A DNA stretch of 34,035 bases from the IMG/VR virus record IMGVR_UViG_3300037461_001127, positions 1 to 34,035 of that record; one strand, given 5' to 3'. The notes under the pieces are model-generated. The model had not been told where the DNA came from. It worked only from the letters and a program-made list of their open reading frames with translations, and ran no database searches. Below are positions 20,444-29,574 of this stretch, piece by piece; position 1 is the stretch's first letter; each line of letters starts with the position of its first letter. Origin of the DNA: a virus. The position numbers and the translations under genes were made by a program.

Positions 20444-22839
20444 GATCTCGGCACCTTGGTGACCGTCGGAGCGCTGCTGTTTGCGATCCTCAGGTGGTCA
20501 CCTCCGCGCAGGAACACCGATCCCGCCGTCTGCGTCAGGTCGATCTGAGAAGTGCCATCGTTGGGCGAGAGCACGAGCCCGCTGACGGTACCGCCCAGGA
20601 CCACCAGCTCCTCGTCGTAGTGGTCGCGGTTGTGGTACCAGGCGATCGCCGAACCGGCACTTCCGGCCAGCGTGACGTTGACGGCGATGCTGAAGTGCGT
20701 CGCGTCGATCTTGGTGACGACCCTACCCGTGCCGTTGATCGAAGGCGTCGAGTTGCTGCCGGAGATGTCCACGAGGTCGCCTGACTCCAGCCCGTGGGCA
20801 CCAGTGGTCCGCACGATGGTCGGATTCGCCAGGGTGATCTCGTCGATCGTCTTCGCTGCAGGAACGGTAATAGCACCGACTGTCGGCTCGACCGGCAGGT
20901 GGACGTTGCGCGTGCGGATGCGCGGAGCGAACGCCTGACCCATGCTGTTGTAGTAGCCCCAGACGTCGGTGGTCGAGGGCATGTTGGAGAAGTCCGAGTC
21001 CTCGATGGTGAAGCCGTTCTTGAGTGTCCCGAAGGTCTTGTAGACCGCGACCACACTGCCGTTGGCCGGACCGGTGTACTGGCGCACGTTGACGTTCTTG
21101 ATGCTGATGTTGTCGAGGTCGTCGTCGGTGACCCACAGGCCGACGACGAACAGCCGGAAGCCGATCGCGAGGCCGGGGTCGGTGACCGTGTAGTCGAGCG
21201 TCACGCCGTCGATGTTGTAGGTGACGCCGCCCGTCCCGTTGAGCACGAAGAGGGAGTCGTAGCAGGAGGTCACCGAGTTGTGGTCGGTGACGTACTTGAT
21301 GTCGATGTCGCGCAGCACCACGTTGGCCGGACCGCGCGGCGTGAAGCGGAACGGTTCCACGAACTGCCAATCAGCTTCCATGCTGGCGATGTTCATATCG
21401 CACTTGAAGCCGTCGACGACGAGCTTGGCCAGCTGCGCGTCGCTGTCGACGAAGATGGCATTACCGGAGGCGAGCGTCGTGTCCGGGTAGTCGATGGTAG
21501 CGGCGTCAAGCATGTAGGAGCAGTCGCGCAGCGTCACCGAGCCGTGAGGATCTCCGGCTGTGGTGACCAGCCCGGCGATCTGGAAAGCCTTGGCGATACA
21601 GCCGTCCCTCTCCGCCGTAGTGCCGTAGTACTCTGCCCGACAACCCTCGAAGAGGACGTGGCCGTCGGTGTAGACGGGGTGGTTGAAGTTGCCGACACCG
21701 AAGGCCACGCTGGCGGCGTTGCGGACGACGCAGTCGCGGATGATGGCGTTGTCCCAGCCGTTGACCTCGATGCCGTACTCGCCATTGTTCATGCCGATGC
21801 AGCGCTCCATGAAGAGGCTGCCGCCGTGCGAGCTCTGGCCGAGCTGGAAGCTGTCGGATTGGCTGGTGATGGTGTTGTCCGTGCGCAGGTCGACGGTGTC
21901 GTGGAAGCAGTCGCGCAGGATGACGTCGTCGGTGATGATGTTGGTGACGTTGTCTGCGGCGCCGACCAATCCGCCTCCGACGAAGACTCCGGTGACGCCG
22001 CCCTCGATGTGGACGTTCTCGATGCGGATGTGCTGGATGTAGCTCGGGTCGCTGCGGTCCTCGTGGTCCTGGTAGCAGCGGATGTTGACGCCCTGCCCGT
22101 AGTTCCCGCTGCGTCCCAGATTGAGGATGTTGATGTCGCGGAGGACGATGTCATCGTAGTTGCAGCGGATCGAGTTGCCGCTGATGTGTGACGGGCCGGG
22201 GCAGATGACGGCGTTGCTCCAGTTGCCGTCGCAGTCGATGACGAAGCCCTCGATAGCGAGGTGCTGATACCAGACGTCCTCCGCTGTCCTGGCTGCGCCG
22301 CAGAAGACGTGGCCGTCGGTCGAGATCCCATCGGCAGCCACCGAGGGGCCGAGCTTGATGGTCGCGCCGTAGCCGGAGAAGCGCAGCGTTGCCGCGTTGG
22401 AGTGCGGCATCAGTATCCCGGTCGTCTCCAGGAAGTAGACGCCGGCCGGGAACTCGATGGTGCCGCCGGCCGTGCCGGCGGCGGAGACGGCGGCATTGAT
22501 CGCTGCCGAGTCGTCCGTGGACCCGTCCCCGGTCGCCCCGAAGTCCATGACGTTAAGGAATGGCAGCCCAGTCACCGTCGCCTGAACGAGGTCGCAGAAG
22601 CGCACGAGCCGCATCACCAGTGTGTCCCCGGCGACCTTGTACCAAAGCGTAGGAGAGTCGGAGTAGATCTCGACACGGCCTCGGTCACTCGTCGTCGTTG
22701 GGTTCGCAACGGGGGCGCCGTTCACGTCCTCCAACGCAGCCGGGACAGTGCCGCCAGCGTCGGTATAGACCGTGACGACAGTGTTGCACACCGATTGACC
22801 GAGGATGTTGCGTATAGTGCCCGCGTATAGGTAGCTCAT
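20440..22839 (-). CDS. Tailspike-like protein with pectate-lyase-type beta-helix (putative depolymerase)
   Basis: NVMDFGATGDGSTDDSAAINAAVSAAGTAGGTIEFPAGVYFL is the classic N-cap of pectate_lyase_3-type tailspikes. ATG 22839 (MSYLYAG) has GAGG 6 nt upstream. The earlier track start overlaps the previous gene. Confidence 0.75.
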   Translation of the reverse strand: MSYLYAGTIRNILGQSVCNTVVTVYTDAGGTVPAALEDVNGAPVANPTTTSDRGRVEIYSDSPTLWYKVAGDTLVMRLVRFCDLVQATVTGLPFLNVMDFGATGDGSTDDSAAINAAVSAAGTAGGTIEFPAGVYFLETTGILMPHSNAATLRFSGYGATIKLGPSVAADGISTDGHVFCGAARTAEDVWYQHLAIEGFVIDCDGNWSNAVICPGPSHISGNSIRCNYDDIVLRDINILNLGRSGNYGQGVNIRCYQDHEDRSDPSYIQHIRIENVHIEGGVTGVFVGGGLVGAADNVTNIITDDVILRDCFHDTVDLRTDNTITSQSDSFQLGQSSHGGSLFMERCIGMNNGEYGIEVNGWDNAIIRDCVVRNAASVAFGVGNFNHPVYTDGHVLFEGCRAEYYGTTAERDGCIAKAFQIAGLVTTAGDPHGSVTLRDCSYMLDAATIDYPDTTLASGNAIFVDSDAQLAKLVVDGFKCDMNIASMEADWQFVEPFRFTPRGPANVVLRDIDIKYVTDHNSVTSCYDSLFVLNGTGGVTYNIDGVTLDYTVTDPGLAIGFRLFVVGLWVTDDDLDNISIKNVNVRQYTGPANGSVVAVYKTFGTLKNGFTIEDSDFSNMPSTTDVWGYYNSMGQAFAPRIRTRNVHLPVEPTVGAITVPAAKTIDEITLANPTIVRTTGAHGLESGDLVDISGSNSTPSINGTGRVVTKIDATHFSIAVNVTLAGSAGSAIAWYHNRDHYDEELVVLGGTVSGLVLSPNDGTSQIDLTQTAGSVFLRGGDHLRIANSSAPTVTKVPRS

Positions 22840-22846
22840 TCGCGCC

Positions 22847-23308
22847 TCACATGCTCGGGCCGAACACTGCGCTGGCTCCACCGGCGCCGCCGGCTGGCGT
22901 GCCGGTCGTGTCAGGGAGTCTGTTCAGCACCAGGTCGACGGTGACGAGGAGGATGTCCTGATAGGGCTGCAGCAAGCGCGGGTCCACGGGGTTGCTGGTG
23001 ACGATGTAGTGCGTGACTCCGTCGAAGATGAGCTCTCCAGGCGAGGCGACGCTGCAAGCGGCGATCTTGGCGTTGAGTGAGGCGACGCTCGAGGCAATCG
23101 CGGGGACCGAGACCCCTCGTATCTCGAGGGGGACGACCATCTGCACGAGGGCGGCATCGCTCACGTTCGCCTGCGCGACCGTACCGGCATAGCCGCGGTA
23201 CTCGTCGAAGCTGACGGTTGGGGAACCGAGGTCGACGCCGAGCAGTGTCTTGAAGACGAGACCGTCGTTGAGGTCGAGGCCGTCGAAGTCGACCTGCATG
23301 CGGGTCAT
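22847..23308 (-). CDS. Distal-tail-like minor tail protein
   Basis: 153 aa directly after the tape measure gene, with ATGA overlap. The assignment is positional. Confidence 0.5.
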   Translation of the reverse strand: MTRMQVDFDGLDLNDGLVFKTLLGVDLGSPTVSFDEYRGYAGTVAQANVSDAALVQMVVPLEIRGVSVPAIASSVASLNAKIAACSVASPGELIFDGVTHYIVTSNPVDPRLLQPYQDILLVTVDLVLNRLPDTTGTPAGGAGGASAVFGPSM

Positions 23309-25284
23309 CAGCGCCTCCTCGCACTACGGGCGGCGGAACGCTCGACCGCCCTGGCCACGTGCGGGGCGATGATCTCGCCGACCTGCTTCGCCGTACCGAT
23401 GAGGGTCGTTCCGCCGGGGACGACGACATTGACGTTGATGGTGGTCGTACCGCGGGATGCCCCACCAGCTCCGTTGCCGCCGGCGACGGCCAGTTGTACC
23501 CGAGGCGCGGCGTTCACAGAGAGCCGCGGGCCGATCTCTCCGACCTGCGCGTATAGGGCGGAGAGCTGGTCGTCGATGCCGTCCATGAGGCCGCCGATGA
23601 TGGCCTGGCCGGCGGGGCGCAGGAGTACCTTGTCGTACTCGAGCGGTCCCTTGAGATCCCGAATCTTGCCGGCGATGGACGAGACCTCGTCCCAGACGGC
23701 GCCGAGGGCGTCGCGGATGCCGTTCAGCAGGCCGCTGATGATCGAGCGCCCCGCCTCGTAGAGCAGGCTGCCGAGGCTGCCCAGTGCGCCAAGGATCCTG
23801 CCGGGCAGGCCCTTGACGTAGCCGACCACGGCGGAGACGCCGGCGGAGACCGCGCTCTTGATGCCGCCCCAGGCCGCGGATGTGAGCGCCCTCACGGCCG
23901 CCCAGGCGGCCCTGAGCAGGGCGACAACCAGGCTTCCCAGCGCCCTCACGATGGTGCCGATGGCCTTGGCGACGTTGCTCATGATGCTCTTGACGCCGTT
24001 CCAGGCGCCGCGCCAGTCGCCGCGGATGAGCGCCATGGCCACCTTGACGACGTCGACGATGACCTTGAAGGCGGTCGAGATGATGGTCGAGAGGATCTTG
24101 AAGATGGGGCCGACGACGGTGACGATGCCGGCCCAGTGCCGCTTGATGAACCGCGCCAGCATGACGACGTAGCCGATCACCTTGGCCTGCGTCTTGATGA
24201 AGTCGACAAGCAGCGGCTTGAGGTAGGTGAACGCCTTGCCGAGGACGGTCCCCAGATAGGAGGCGGCCATCTTCACCGGCCCCTTGATGACGTCCCAGAG
24301 CTTGCTCAGGTTGGTGAGGACGTCCTTGATCGGGCCCATGAACGCGGAGGTGTCCATGCCGCCGCCGGAGAACAGCGACTTCACGGACCCGAAGACGCTG
24401 CCGAGCACCTTGAACACGCCGCCGATGCCGCCGACGAGCTTGGTGACGACCGCCTGGATCTGCGGCATCGCCTGGACGATGGCCGGCATGGCCTCCTTCG
24501 CCAGCCAGGTGAACAGCGGCTTCATCGCCGTGGCGAAGACCTGCGTCGCGCCGTCCTTGATCGTCGACCAGAGGCCGGAGAAGGAGCGGCTCTGCTTGTC
24601 CATCATGCCGCCGAACATCGAACCCTTCTCGGTCATGCCGACGATGGACTTCTCGATATCGGGGAAGCCGACCTTGCCGGCCTCGACCAGGCCGCGCACC
24701 TCGCCCTGGCTGACGCCGAGCTGCTTCGCCAGAGCCCCGTAGATGGGGATGCCGCGACCGGCCATCTGATTGATGTCCTCCATGCTGATGCGGCCGGAGA
24801 CCTTCATCTTGCCGTAGAGGTCGCTCATCTCGCCGATCGGGATGTTGAGGGCGGAGGAGATGTCGCCGAGGCGGGTCATCGTCGGGATGACGTCCTTCTG
24901 CGCGACCCCGTAGGCGACCAGGCGCTTGGTCGCGTCGGCAAGCTCGGGGAACTCGAACGGCGTGGCGGCGCTCATCTTGGTGACGTCGGCGATGAGCGCC
25001 TTCGCCTTCGCGGTCGAGCCGAGCATGGTGCCCATGGCGATGGTCGTCTGCTCGACCGAGCTGTTGAACTTCATGCCGGCGACGCCGCCGGCGACCAGGC
25101 CGGCGCCGAGGGCTGCGACGCCGCCGACCGCGGCTCCGACGGCGACCTTGCCGACCATGCCGGCCATGCCGCCGATCTTGCTGCCGAAACTGCTGAACTT
25201 GGAGTGCGCGGAGTCGAGCCCACGGTTGAAGCTCTTGTCGTCGAGGTCGAGGTAGGCGGTCAGCTCTCCGACGGTCATAGCCAT
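23308..25284 (-). CDS. Tape measure protein
   Basis: 658 aa with Gly/Ala-rich TM-like segments. It has the conserved TMP core (TPFEFPELADATKRLVAYGV...MTRLGDISSAL...GRGIPIYGALAK) and a long helical remainder. It lies after the G/G-T chaperone genes. Confidence 0.9.
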   Translation of the reverse strand: MAMTVGELTAYLDLDDKSFNRGLDSAHSKFSSFGSKIGGMAGMVGKVAVGAAVGGVAALGAGLVAGGVAGMKFNSSVEQTTIAMGTMLGSTAKAKALIADVTKMSAATPFEFPELADATKRLVAYGVAQKDVIPTMTRLGDISSALNIPIGEMSDLYGKMKVSGRISMEDINQMAGRGIPIYGALAKQLGVSQGEVRGLVEAGKVGFPDIEKSIVGMTEKGSMFGGMMDKQSRSFSGLWSTIKDGATQVFATAMKPLFTWLAKEAMPAIVQAMPQIQAVVTKLVGGIGGVFKVLGSVFGSVKSLFSGGGMDTSAFMGPIKDVLTNLSKLWDVIKGPVKMAASYLGTVLGKAFTYLKPLLVDFIKTQAKVIGYVVMLARFIKRHWAGIVTVVGPIFKILSTIISTAFKVIVDVVKVAMALIRGDWRGAWNGVKSIMSNVAKAIGTIVRALGSLVVALLRAAWAAVRALTSAAWGGIKSAVSAGVSAVVGYVKGLPGRILGALGSLGSLLYEAGRSIISGLLNGIRDALGAVWDEVSSIAGKIRDLKGPLEYDKVLLRPAGQAIIGGLMDGIDDQLSALYAQVGEIGPRLSVNAAPRVQLAVAGGNGAGGASRGTTTINVNVVVPGGTTLIGTAKQVGEIIAPHVARAVERSAARSARRR

Positions 25285-25951
25285 CAGTCATCGCCTCCCT
25301 TCTTGGGCGGGAACAGGGCGAAGCGCAGGCGGGATTCGATGGCGAGCAGGCCGAGGATGCGGACGCTCAGCCAGCGCCCGGTGCGCTGGCTGAGCAGTCC
25401 CGGCTGGCTCAGGTCGATGGCGTAGTGCTCCTGCATGTCGGCCTCTATCAGCTCCCAGCGCCCGAGGATCTCGCGCCAGGTGCCGCCTTGGCCGCCACTG
25501 CCTTCGGGCCGTTCGACCCAGCGCGAGAGCCCCGTGACCGGGTGGACTTCGCCGGCATACTCTTCCGGCGCGCCTCCCGGCTCGGGGCCGGCGCTTCCCC
25601 CTGCGCGTTCCAGACTGCCTCGGCGGCCTCGAGGCCGGAGAGATGGTAGGCGATGAGGGCGTAGAAGACGGCCTTGATGTGGGCGCTGGTCAGGCCGTCG
25701 GCGACCATCTCCTCGTCGACGCCGCCGAGCAGCTCCTCGCGGAGGTCGGCTTCGTCGGCGTCGGAGACGGTCTGCTCGTCGGGGTCGAACTCGCCCCCCG
25801 ACGCCTGGGCCTGCTGCAGCTTCTCGGCGACCGACTGCAGCAGCAGCCAGGAGCGCGCCGAGATCTCGCCGGGGAAGGCGTAGTCCTTGCCCCGGATCGG
25901 CAGCACGACTGGTTTGACGACAAGAAAGTCGTCAAGGTCACGGAAGGCCAT
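25284..25951 (-). CDS. Tail assembly chaperone G-T fusion made by a programmed -1 frameshift (slip near 25595..25603)
   Basis: The -1 frame from 25601 is open to TGA 25286..25284. It encodes a protein-like sequence with no start codon of its own: ...TWREILGRWELIEADMQEHYAIDLSQPGLLSQRTGRWLSVRILGLLAIESRL.... The G-run cagggggaag is the best slip candidate. Confidence 0.6.
25448..25951 (-). CDS. Tail assembly chaperone (G-like product, zero frame)
   Basis: It lies between the major tail and tape measure genes and has an acidic central region. The low-complexity C-terminal tail is probably read-through past the slip site. Confidence 0.7.
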   Translation of the reverse strand: MAFRDLDDFLVVKPVVLPIRGKDYAFPGEISARSWLLLQSVAEKLQQAQASGGEFDPDEQTVSDADEADLREELLGGVDEEMVADGLTSAHIKAVFYALIAYHLSGLEAAEAVWNAQGEAPAPSREARRKSMPAKSTRSRGSRAGSNGPKAVAAKAAPGARSSGAGS

Positions 25952-25964
25952 GTCGGGCCCCCGG

Positions 25965-26735
25965 TCAGCTAATCGTCAGGATGACGGCGGTGGTGACGGA
26001 CTCTCCGACGGTGTTGGTCACGTAGATGATGAACGGGCCCGCCACCTTAGCCGGCGCGAGGAAGACCAGCTCGTTGTCGTTCTCCGTGATGAACGTGGGC
26101 ACGTTGGTGACGCCGAGCTTCATGCTCTGCACGTCGTCCGCTCCGGAGGCGAAGAAGCCGCGACCGACGAGGCGGTGCAGGGTGCCGCCGGCCTGGACGC
26201 CGACCGCCGGGCTGACGCTGTAGAGCACCGGCACGACGGCCGCGCCGTCGGGGTGCGTGATCGCCGTGCGGGCGCCCTGGCCGGTGAGCTTGACGGTAAC
26301 CGAGGCCTTGGCGTCCATGCCGCCGCCGTCCTCGGACCAGCTGACCGACGCATAGCCGGTGTACGCCTCGACGCGCGGGCCGCCGACTTCCATCTCGTAG
26401 TAGCGGATCTCGACGCGGTTGCTGGCGCCCATGAGCACCGAGGCGGCGCGCAGCGCTTCCTGGCCGGTGTCGTAGGCGGTCGCCACGGCGGCGGTCACCT
26501 TGCGCGCCAGCTTGAGCTCGATGGCCCAGCCGATCGCCGTAATGACCGTGCTCTTGTAGCCGCCGCTGTCGTAGTCGGAGTCGTCCTGCTCGCTCGGGTC
26601 GAGCGGGGCCTTGAAGTCCTCGATGCCGAAGACGCCCGTCCACACCGGCGAGGCGTGCGTGCCGGTGTTGACGTCGAGGTACCACCTGCGCGCCAGCACA
26701 CCGGCGCCGAGAGGGACTTTCGTGGTAGCGGGCAT
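25965..26735 (-). CDS. Major tail protein with C-terminal Ig-like (IPT/TIG-like) domain
   Basis: 256 aa with a strong AAGGAG RBS, lying upstream of the chaperones. The C-terminal PVLYSVSPAVGVQAGGTLHRLVGRGF... is an Ig-like decoration. Confidence 0.8.
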   Translation of the reverse strand: MPATTKVPLGAGVLARRWYLDVNTGTHASPVWTGVFGIEDFKAPLDPSEQDDSDYDSGGYKSTVITAIGWAIELKLARKVTAAVATAYDTGQEALRAASVLMGASNRVEIRYYEMEVGGPRVEAYTGYASVSWSEDGGGMDAKASVTVKLTGQGARTAITHPDGAAVVPVLYSVSPAVGVQAGGTLHRLVGRGFFASGADDVQSMKLGVTNVPTFITENDNELVFLAPAKVAGPFIIYVTNTVGESVTTAVILTIS

Positions 26736-26747
26736 GCTGTTCTCCTT

Positions 26748-27194
26748 TTAGGTGCGGTGCGTGGACGGCCGGTGGACGGTCAGGTAGTAGTTGGAGGCGT
26801 TGCTCCAGCGGGCGTTCTCGTCCTGACCGAGAGTGACCGCCGATCGGCGCAGGCACTGGACGATCTTCACGCCCGTCGAGAGCGTGATGCCGGTGGCGCC
26901 GTGGAGCAGGTTGTAGATGGCGTCTTGGAGGTCGTCGACCGGGCGCGGGTCCTGCCCGCCCCAGCGGCAGCGGACCTGCACGCCGATGGTCGAGTCGGAG
27001 AGCGCCGGCGAGTCGTCGACGCCGTAGGCGCTGAGCGTGATGACGCGGTCCGGCGCCTGCGGGACGGTGCCGAGCACGATGCCGGTCTGCAGCACGGTGT
27101 AGGCGCCGGAGGTGCTGTAAGTCGCGCCGACGCCGCCTGCGGCGATGTACGCGGCGAGACCGGTGAGCAGGTCCGTGGTGAAGCCTGCGGTCAC
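26748..27194 (-). CDS. Tail terminator / tail completion protein
   Basis: GTG 27194 forms a GTGA overlap with the upstream stop. It lies directly upstream of the major tail gene. The pattern LLTGLAAYIAAGGVG...VQVRCR... resembles DUF3168-type terminators, as I recall them. Confidence 0.55.
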   Translation of the reverse strand: MTAGFTTDLLTGLAAYIAAGGVGATYSTSGAYTVLQTGIVLGTVPQAPDRVITLSAYGVDDSPALSDSTIGVQVRCRWGGQDPRPVDDLQDAIYNLLHGATGITLSTGVKIVQCLRRSAVTLGQDENARWSNASNYYLTVHRPSTHRT

Positions 27195-27853
27195 GTCTGC
27201 ACCCGGTAGCGTAGTGACGTGCTGGCGTTGGCCACCCCGCTCCAAAGACAATCAGGGTAGCTCCCGTCCCAGTACGCGCGGAGTGTCGCGCTCTTATCGA
27301 TGAGCACGTCGTCGACAATGAGATCGAGGGTGTCGCCCTCATGGATGTTGGAGAACTGGAGCAGCAAATTGCCCTTGCCAGTCGTCGCCCCACCTGCTGC
27401 GTGGGTCTTGTAGAACCTCTGCCAGTCAGCAGATGCGGCGATCGCCACACTCCCGCAATCGGAGACGTAGGCGCCGGCGTCGGTGTATGCCTCGAGATAC
27501 TCGGTCAAGAGGCAGCCGGAGAGAGCCAGCTTCACATATCCCGAGACGGTCATGATGTCCGACGCGCCGATCGAGCCGTTGGGCGTCATGTGCTGGAAGC
27601 GCAGGGTCCTCCCGGCCACGTCTCCGGCGACGCCCGTGTACTGGATGCGCTGGGCAAGGCCGCCGTTACGACCGGGTACGAGGGTGCAGACGGGCGTGCC
27701 GGTCTTGTTCCCGGCAATCGTCCACCCGGACGCGAGACCCGGCGTCCCGCTCTCGATCTCGAAACTTGGCGCGGTGCAGTAGTTGGTGCCCGCCAGGACA
27801 ACTAGCCCACCCGGTCCGCAGCTCTTCGCTCTGTGCTGGCGCAGCGGACTCAT
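27191..27853 (-). CDS. Carbohydrate-binding-module/jelly-roll-like structural protein
   Basis: NYCTAPSFEIESGTPGLASGWTI...GYVKL...DWQRF...DDVLI is a CBM_4_9-like pattern. It ends AYWDGSYPDCLWSGVANASTS. A TGATG overlap couples it to the upstream gene. Confidence 0.5.
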   Translation of the reverse strand: MSPLRQHRAKSCGPGGLVVLAGTNYCTAPSFEIESGTPGLASGWTIAGNKTGTPVCTLVPGRNGGLAQRIQYTGVAGDVAGRTLRFQHMTPNGSIGASDIMTVSGYVKLALSGCLLTEYLEAYTDAGAYVSDCGSVAIAASADWQRFYKTHAAGGATTGKGNLLLQFSNIHEGDTLDLIVDDVLIDKSATLRAYWDGSYPDCLWSGVANASTSLRYRVQT

Positions 27854-28911
27854 CAGGCGCTCTTGAACTCCGCGACCGTGAAGACGCCGCCGGCGTCGGT
27901 CTTGGCGAAGAAGGACCCGCGGCAGAACCAGCTGAGCGGCATGGCCGCGGCGCCGGCGGTGACGTAGGCGCCTCCGTCGACGATGGCGCAGTGGGCGTTG
28001 TAGGTGTCCTTGATCGCGTGCAGCAGGGTGTTGGCTGTCGCCTGGTCTGAGGCCGCGGGCACGGCGGTGAGCGTGGCGCTGTTGGTCGCGTCGGCGGTGC
28101 CGCCGTGAGCAACGGAGGCGTCGTTCATGTGGGCGAGCACTCCGGCCTTGGCGGCGTTGGCGGCGACGATGACGGCGGCGAGGTCGTCGGCAGTGGCGTC
28201 GCCGACGGCGCAGTGACTGTTCCAGTACGCCTTGAGCAGGTTGATCAGCGTCTGGGCGCTGGCCTCGTCCGTGGCCGCCGTGGTCGCAGTCGCGAGCGCG
28301 GTGTTGATCGGGTCGGCCACGCTGTGCACGGTCGCCGATCCGAAGTGGTCGATCATGGCGGTGCGCAGCAGGTTGACCTTCGTGACGAGCGCGCCGACCG
28401 CCGCCGGCGTGCCGCCGAAGTCGGTCGCTGTCGTGGCGGCGAGGTGGAAGACCGTCGAGGCGAGGTGGGCCGTGACGTCGTCGTCGAGCTCGTCGGCGAG
28501 CACGTAGCCCGTCGCGAGGCTCGCCATGTCGTCGGCGGTCGAGAGGTTGGTATCGTCGTCGACGAGGTGGCCGGCGACCCAGGCGGTGCCGGCCGCGATG
28601 TGGTAGGTGAGGCTGGCGATGTGCGTGTTCGTGTCGGCGAGGATCTCGTCGGCCGCGGTCTTGCTCTTCGCCAGGTCGTCGGGATCGGCGGCGGCGATGG
28701 TCGTCGTCGTGTCGGCGATCTTGTGCGTGATGATGGGCGCGTAGATGAGCGCGTGCGTCGTCACCCGCGGCCGCACGATGAGCTCGAGCACGTCGTCGTC
28801 GGGCGTCACCTTCATGTAGGCGGTGCCGGTGGGCGAGTAGACGGCGCAGACGGGGGTCTTCGGGTAGGGCAGGATCGCCCGAACGTTCTTCGCCGAGGCG
28901 TCGACTGTCAT
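27853..28911 (-). CDS. Structural-module protein with at least 6 internal helical repeats carrying conserved His
   Basis: There are repeats of about 35-45 aa, for example AADEILADTNTHIASLTYH, LADELDDDVTAHLASTVFH, KVNLLRTAMIDHFGSATVH, LINLLKAYWNSHCAV, AAKAGVLAHMNDASVAH and LLHAIKDTYNAHCAI. They are flanked by beta-like termini. Confidence 0.6.
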   Translation of the reverse strand: MTVDASAKNVRAILPYPKTPVCAVYSPTGTAYMKVTPDDDVLELIVRPRVTTHALIYAPIITHKIADTTTTIAAADPDDLAKSKTAADEILADTNTHIASLTYHIAAGTAWVAGHLVDDDTNLSTADDMASLATGYVLADELDDDVTAHLASTVFHLAATTATDFGGTPAAVGALVTKVNLLRTAMIDHFGSATVHSVADPINTALATATTAATDEASAQTLINLLKAYWNSHCAVGDATADDLAAVIVAANAAKAGVLAHMNDASVAHGGTADATNSATLTAVPAASDQATANTLLHAIKDTYNAHCAIVDGGAYVTAGAAAMPLSWFCRGSFFAKTDAGGVFTVAEFKSA

Positions 28912-28912
28912 A

Positions 28913-29266
28913 TCAGGCTCCTAGCTCCCGCGTGATCTCGCGGGCGATGATGGTCTCGACGCTGCGTCTCACGCCGGGGTCGGTGATCGGGGTCTCGAGG
29001 TACTTGGCCTGGCGCCCGACGTCGTGCTGCATCGTCATGTCCTCGTGCTGCACGACGGCGTAGGGCGTGTCGTAGGAGACGCAGGCCCGCAGCTGGTTCG
29101 GGTCGCTCGAGGCGACGCCGGAGCGCTCGAGCGTGCCCTCCTCGAAGGGCACCAGGCGCTTGCTCTGCTCGAGCACGTGCTCAGCGCCGATCGCAAGGCC
29201 ACGCACCGCGCCCTGGCGCAGTTGCTCCTTCGCCTTGCCCCCGTACCACTTCACGGCCGTCCTCAT
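28913..29266 (-). CDS. Neck / tail-completion protein (HK97 gp10-like)
   Basis: 117 aa starting MRTAVKWYGG, with ATGA overlap with the upstream gene. It occupies the gp10-like slot. The 268-aa track ORF extension is rejected. Confidence 0.55.
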   Translation of the reverse strand: MRTAVKWYGGKAKEQLRQGAVRGLAIGAEHVLEQSKRLVPFEEGTLERSGVASSDPNQLRACVSYDTPYAVVQHEDMTMQHDVGRQAKYLETPITDPGVRRSVETIIAREITRELGA

Positions 29267-29574
29267 GAGCAGGCCGCCTCGACGTGGGACACGCTGCCGC
29301 GCAGGGTCTTGGCGCTCACGGTGATGATGCTGCTCTGCCGTCCCTCGACGGTGATGCGCGACTCGGGCACGAGCAGGGCGGCGTCGTCGGGATGCACGTG
29401 GATGGTGAGCTCGGAGAGCGCCTCGGCGCCGTCGATGGTGCGCACGAGGCGGCGCTTGGGGTCGATGTTGCAGGCGATCGTCACGGAGGCGGCGTAGACC
29501 GGCCCGTAGGCGCTCTCGCCGCTGTAGGTCTCGACGGCGGCGGTCTGCTTGAGTAGCGAGCGGCGGATCTTCAC
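29263..29574 (-). CDS. Head closure / head-tail joining protein
   Basis: 103 aa following the connector gene, with an ATGA-type overlap. Size and position are typical. Confidence 0.55.
   Translation of the reverse strand: MKIRRSLLKQTAAVETYSGESAYGPVYAASVTIACNIDPKRRLVRTIDGAEALSELTIHVHPDDAALLVPESRITVEGRQSSIITVSAKTLRGSVSHVEAACS

Noticed and set aside
23324-25291. 655-aa alternative-frame minus-strand ORF across the tape measure gene.
   Set aside because: The composition is extremely Arg/Gly/His/Pro-rich and it fully overlaps the convincing TMP frame (23308..25284).
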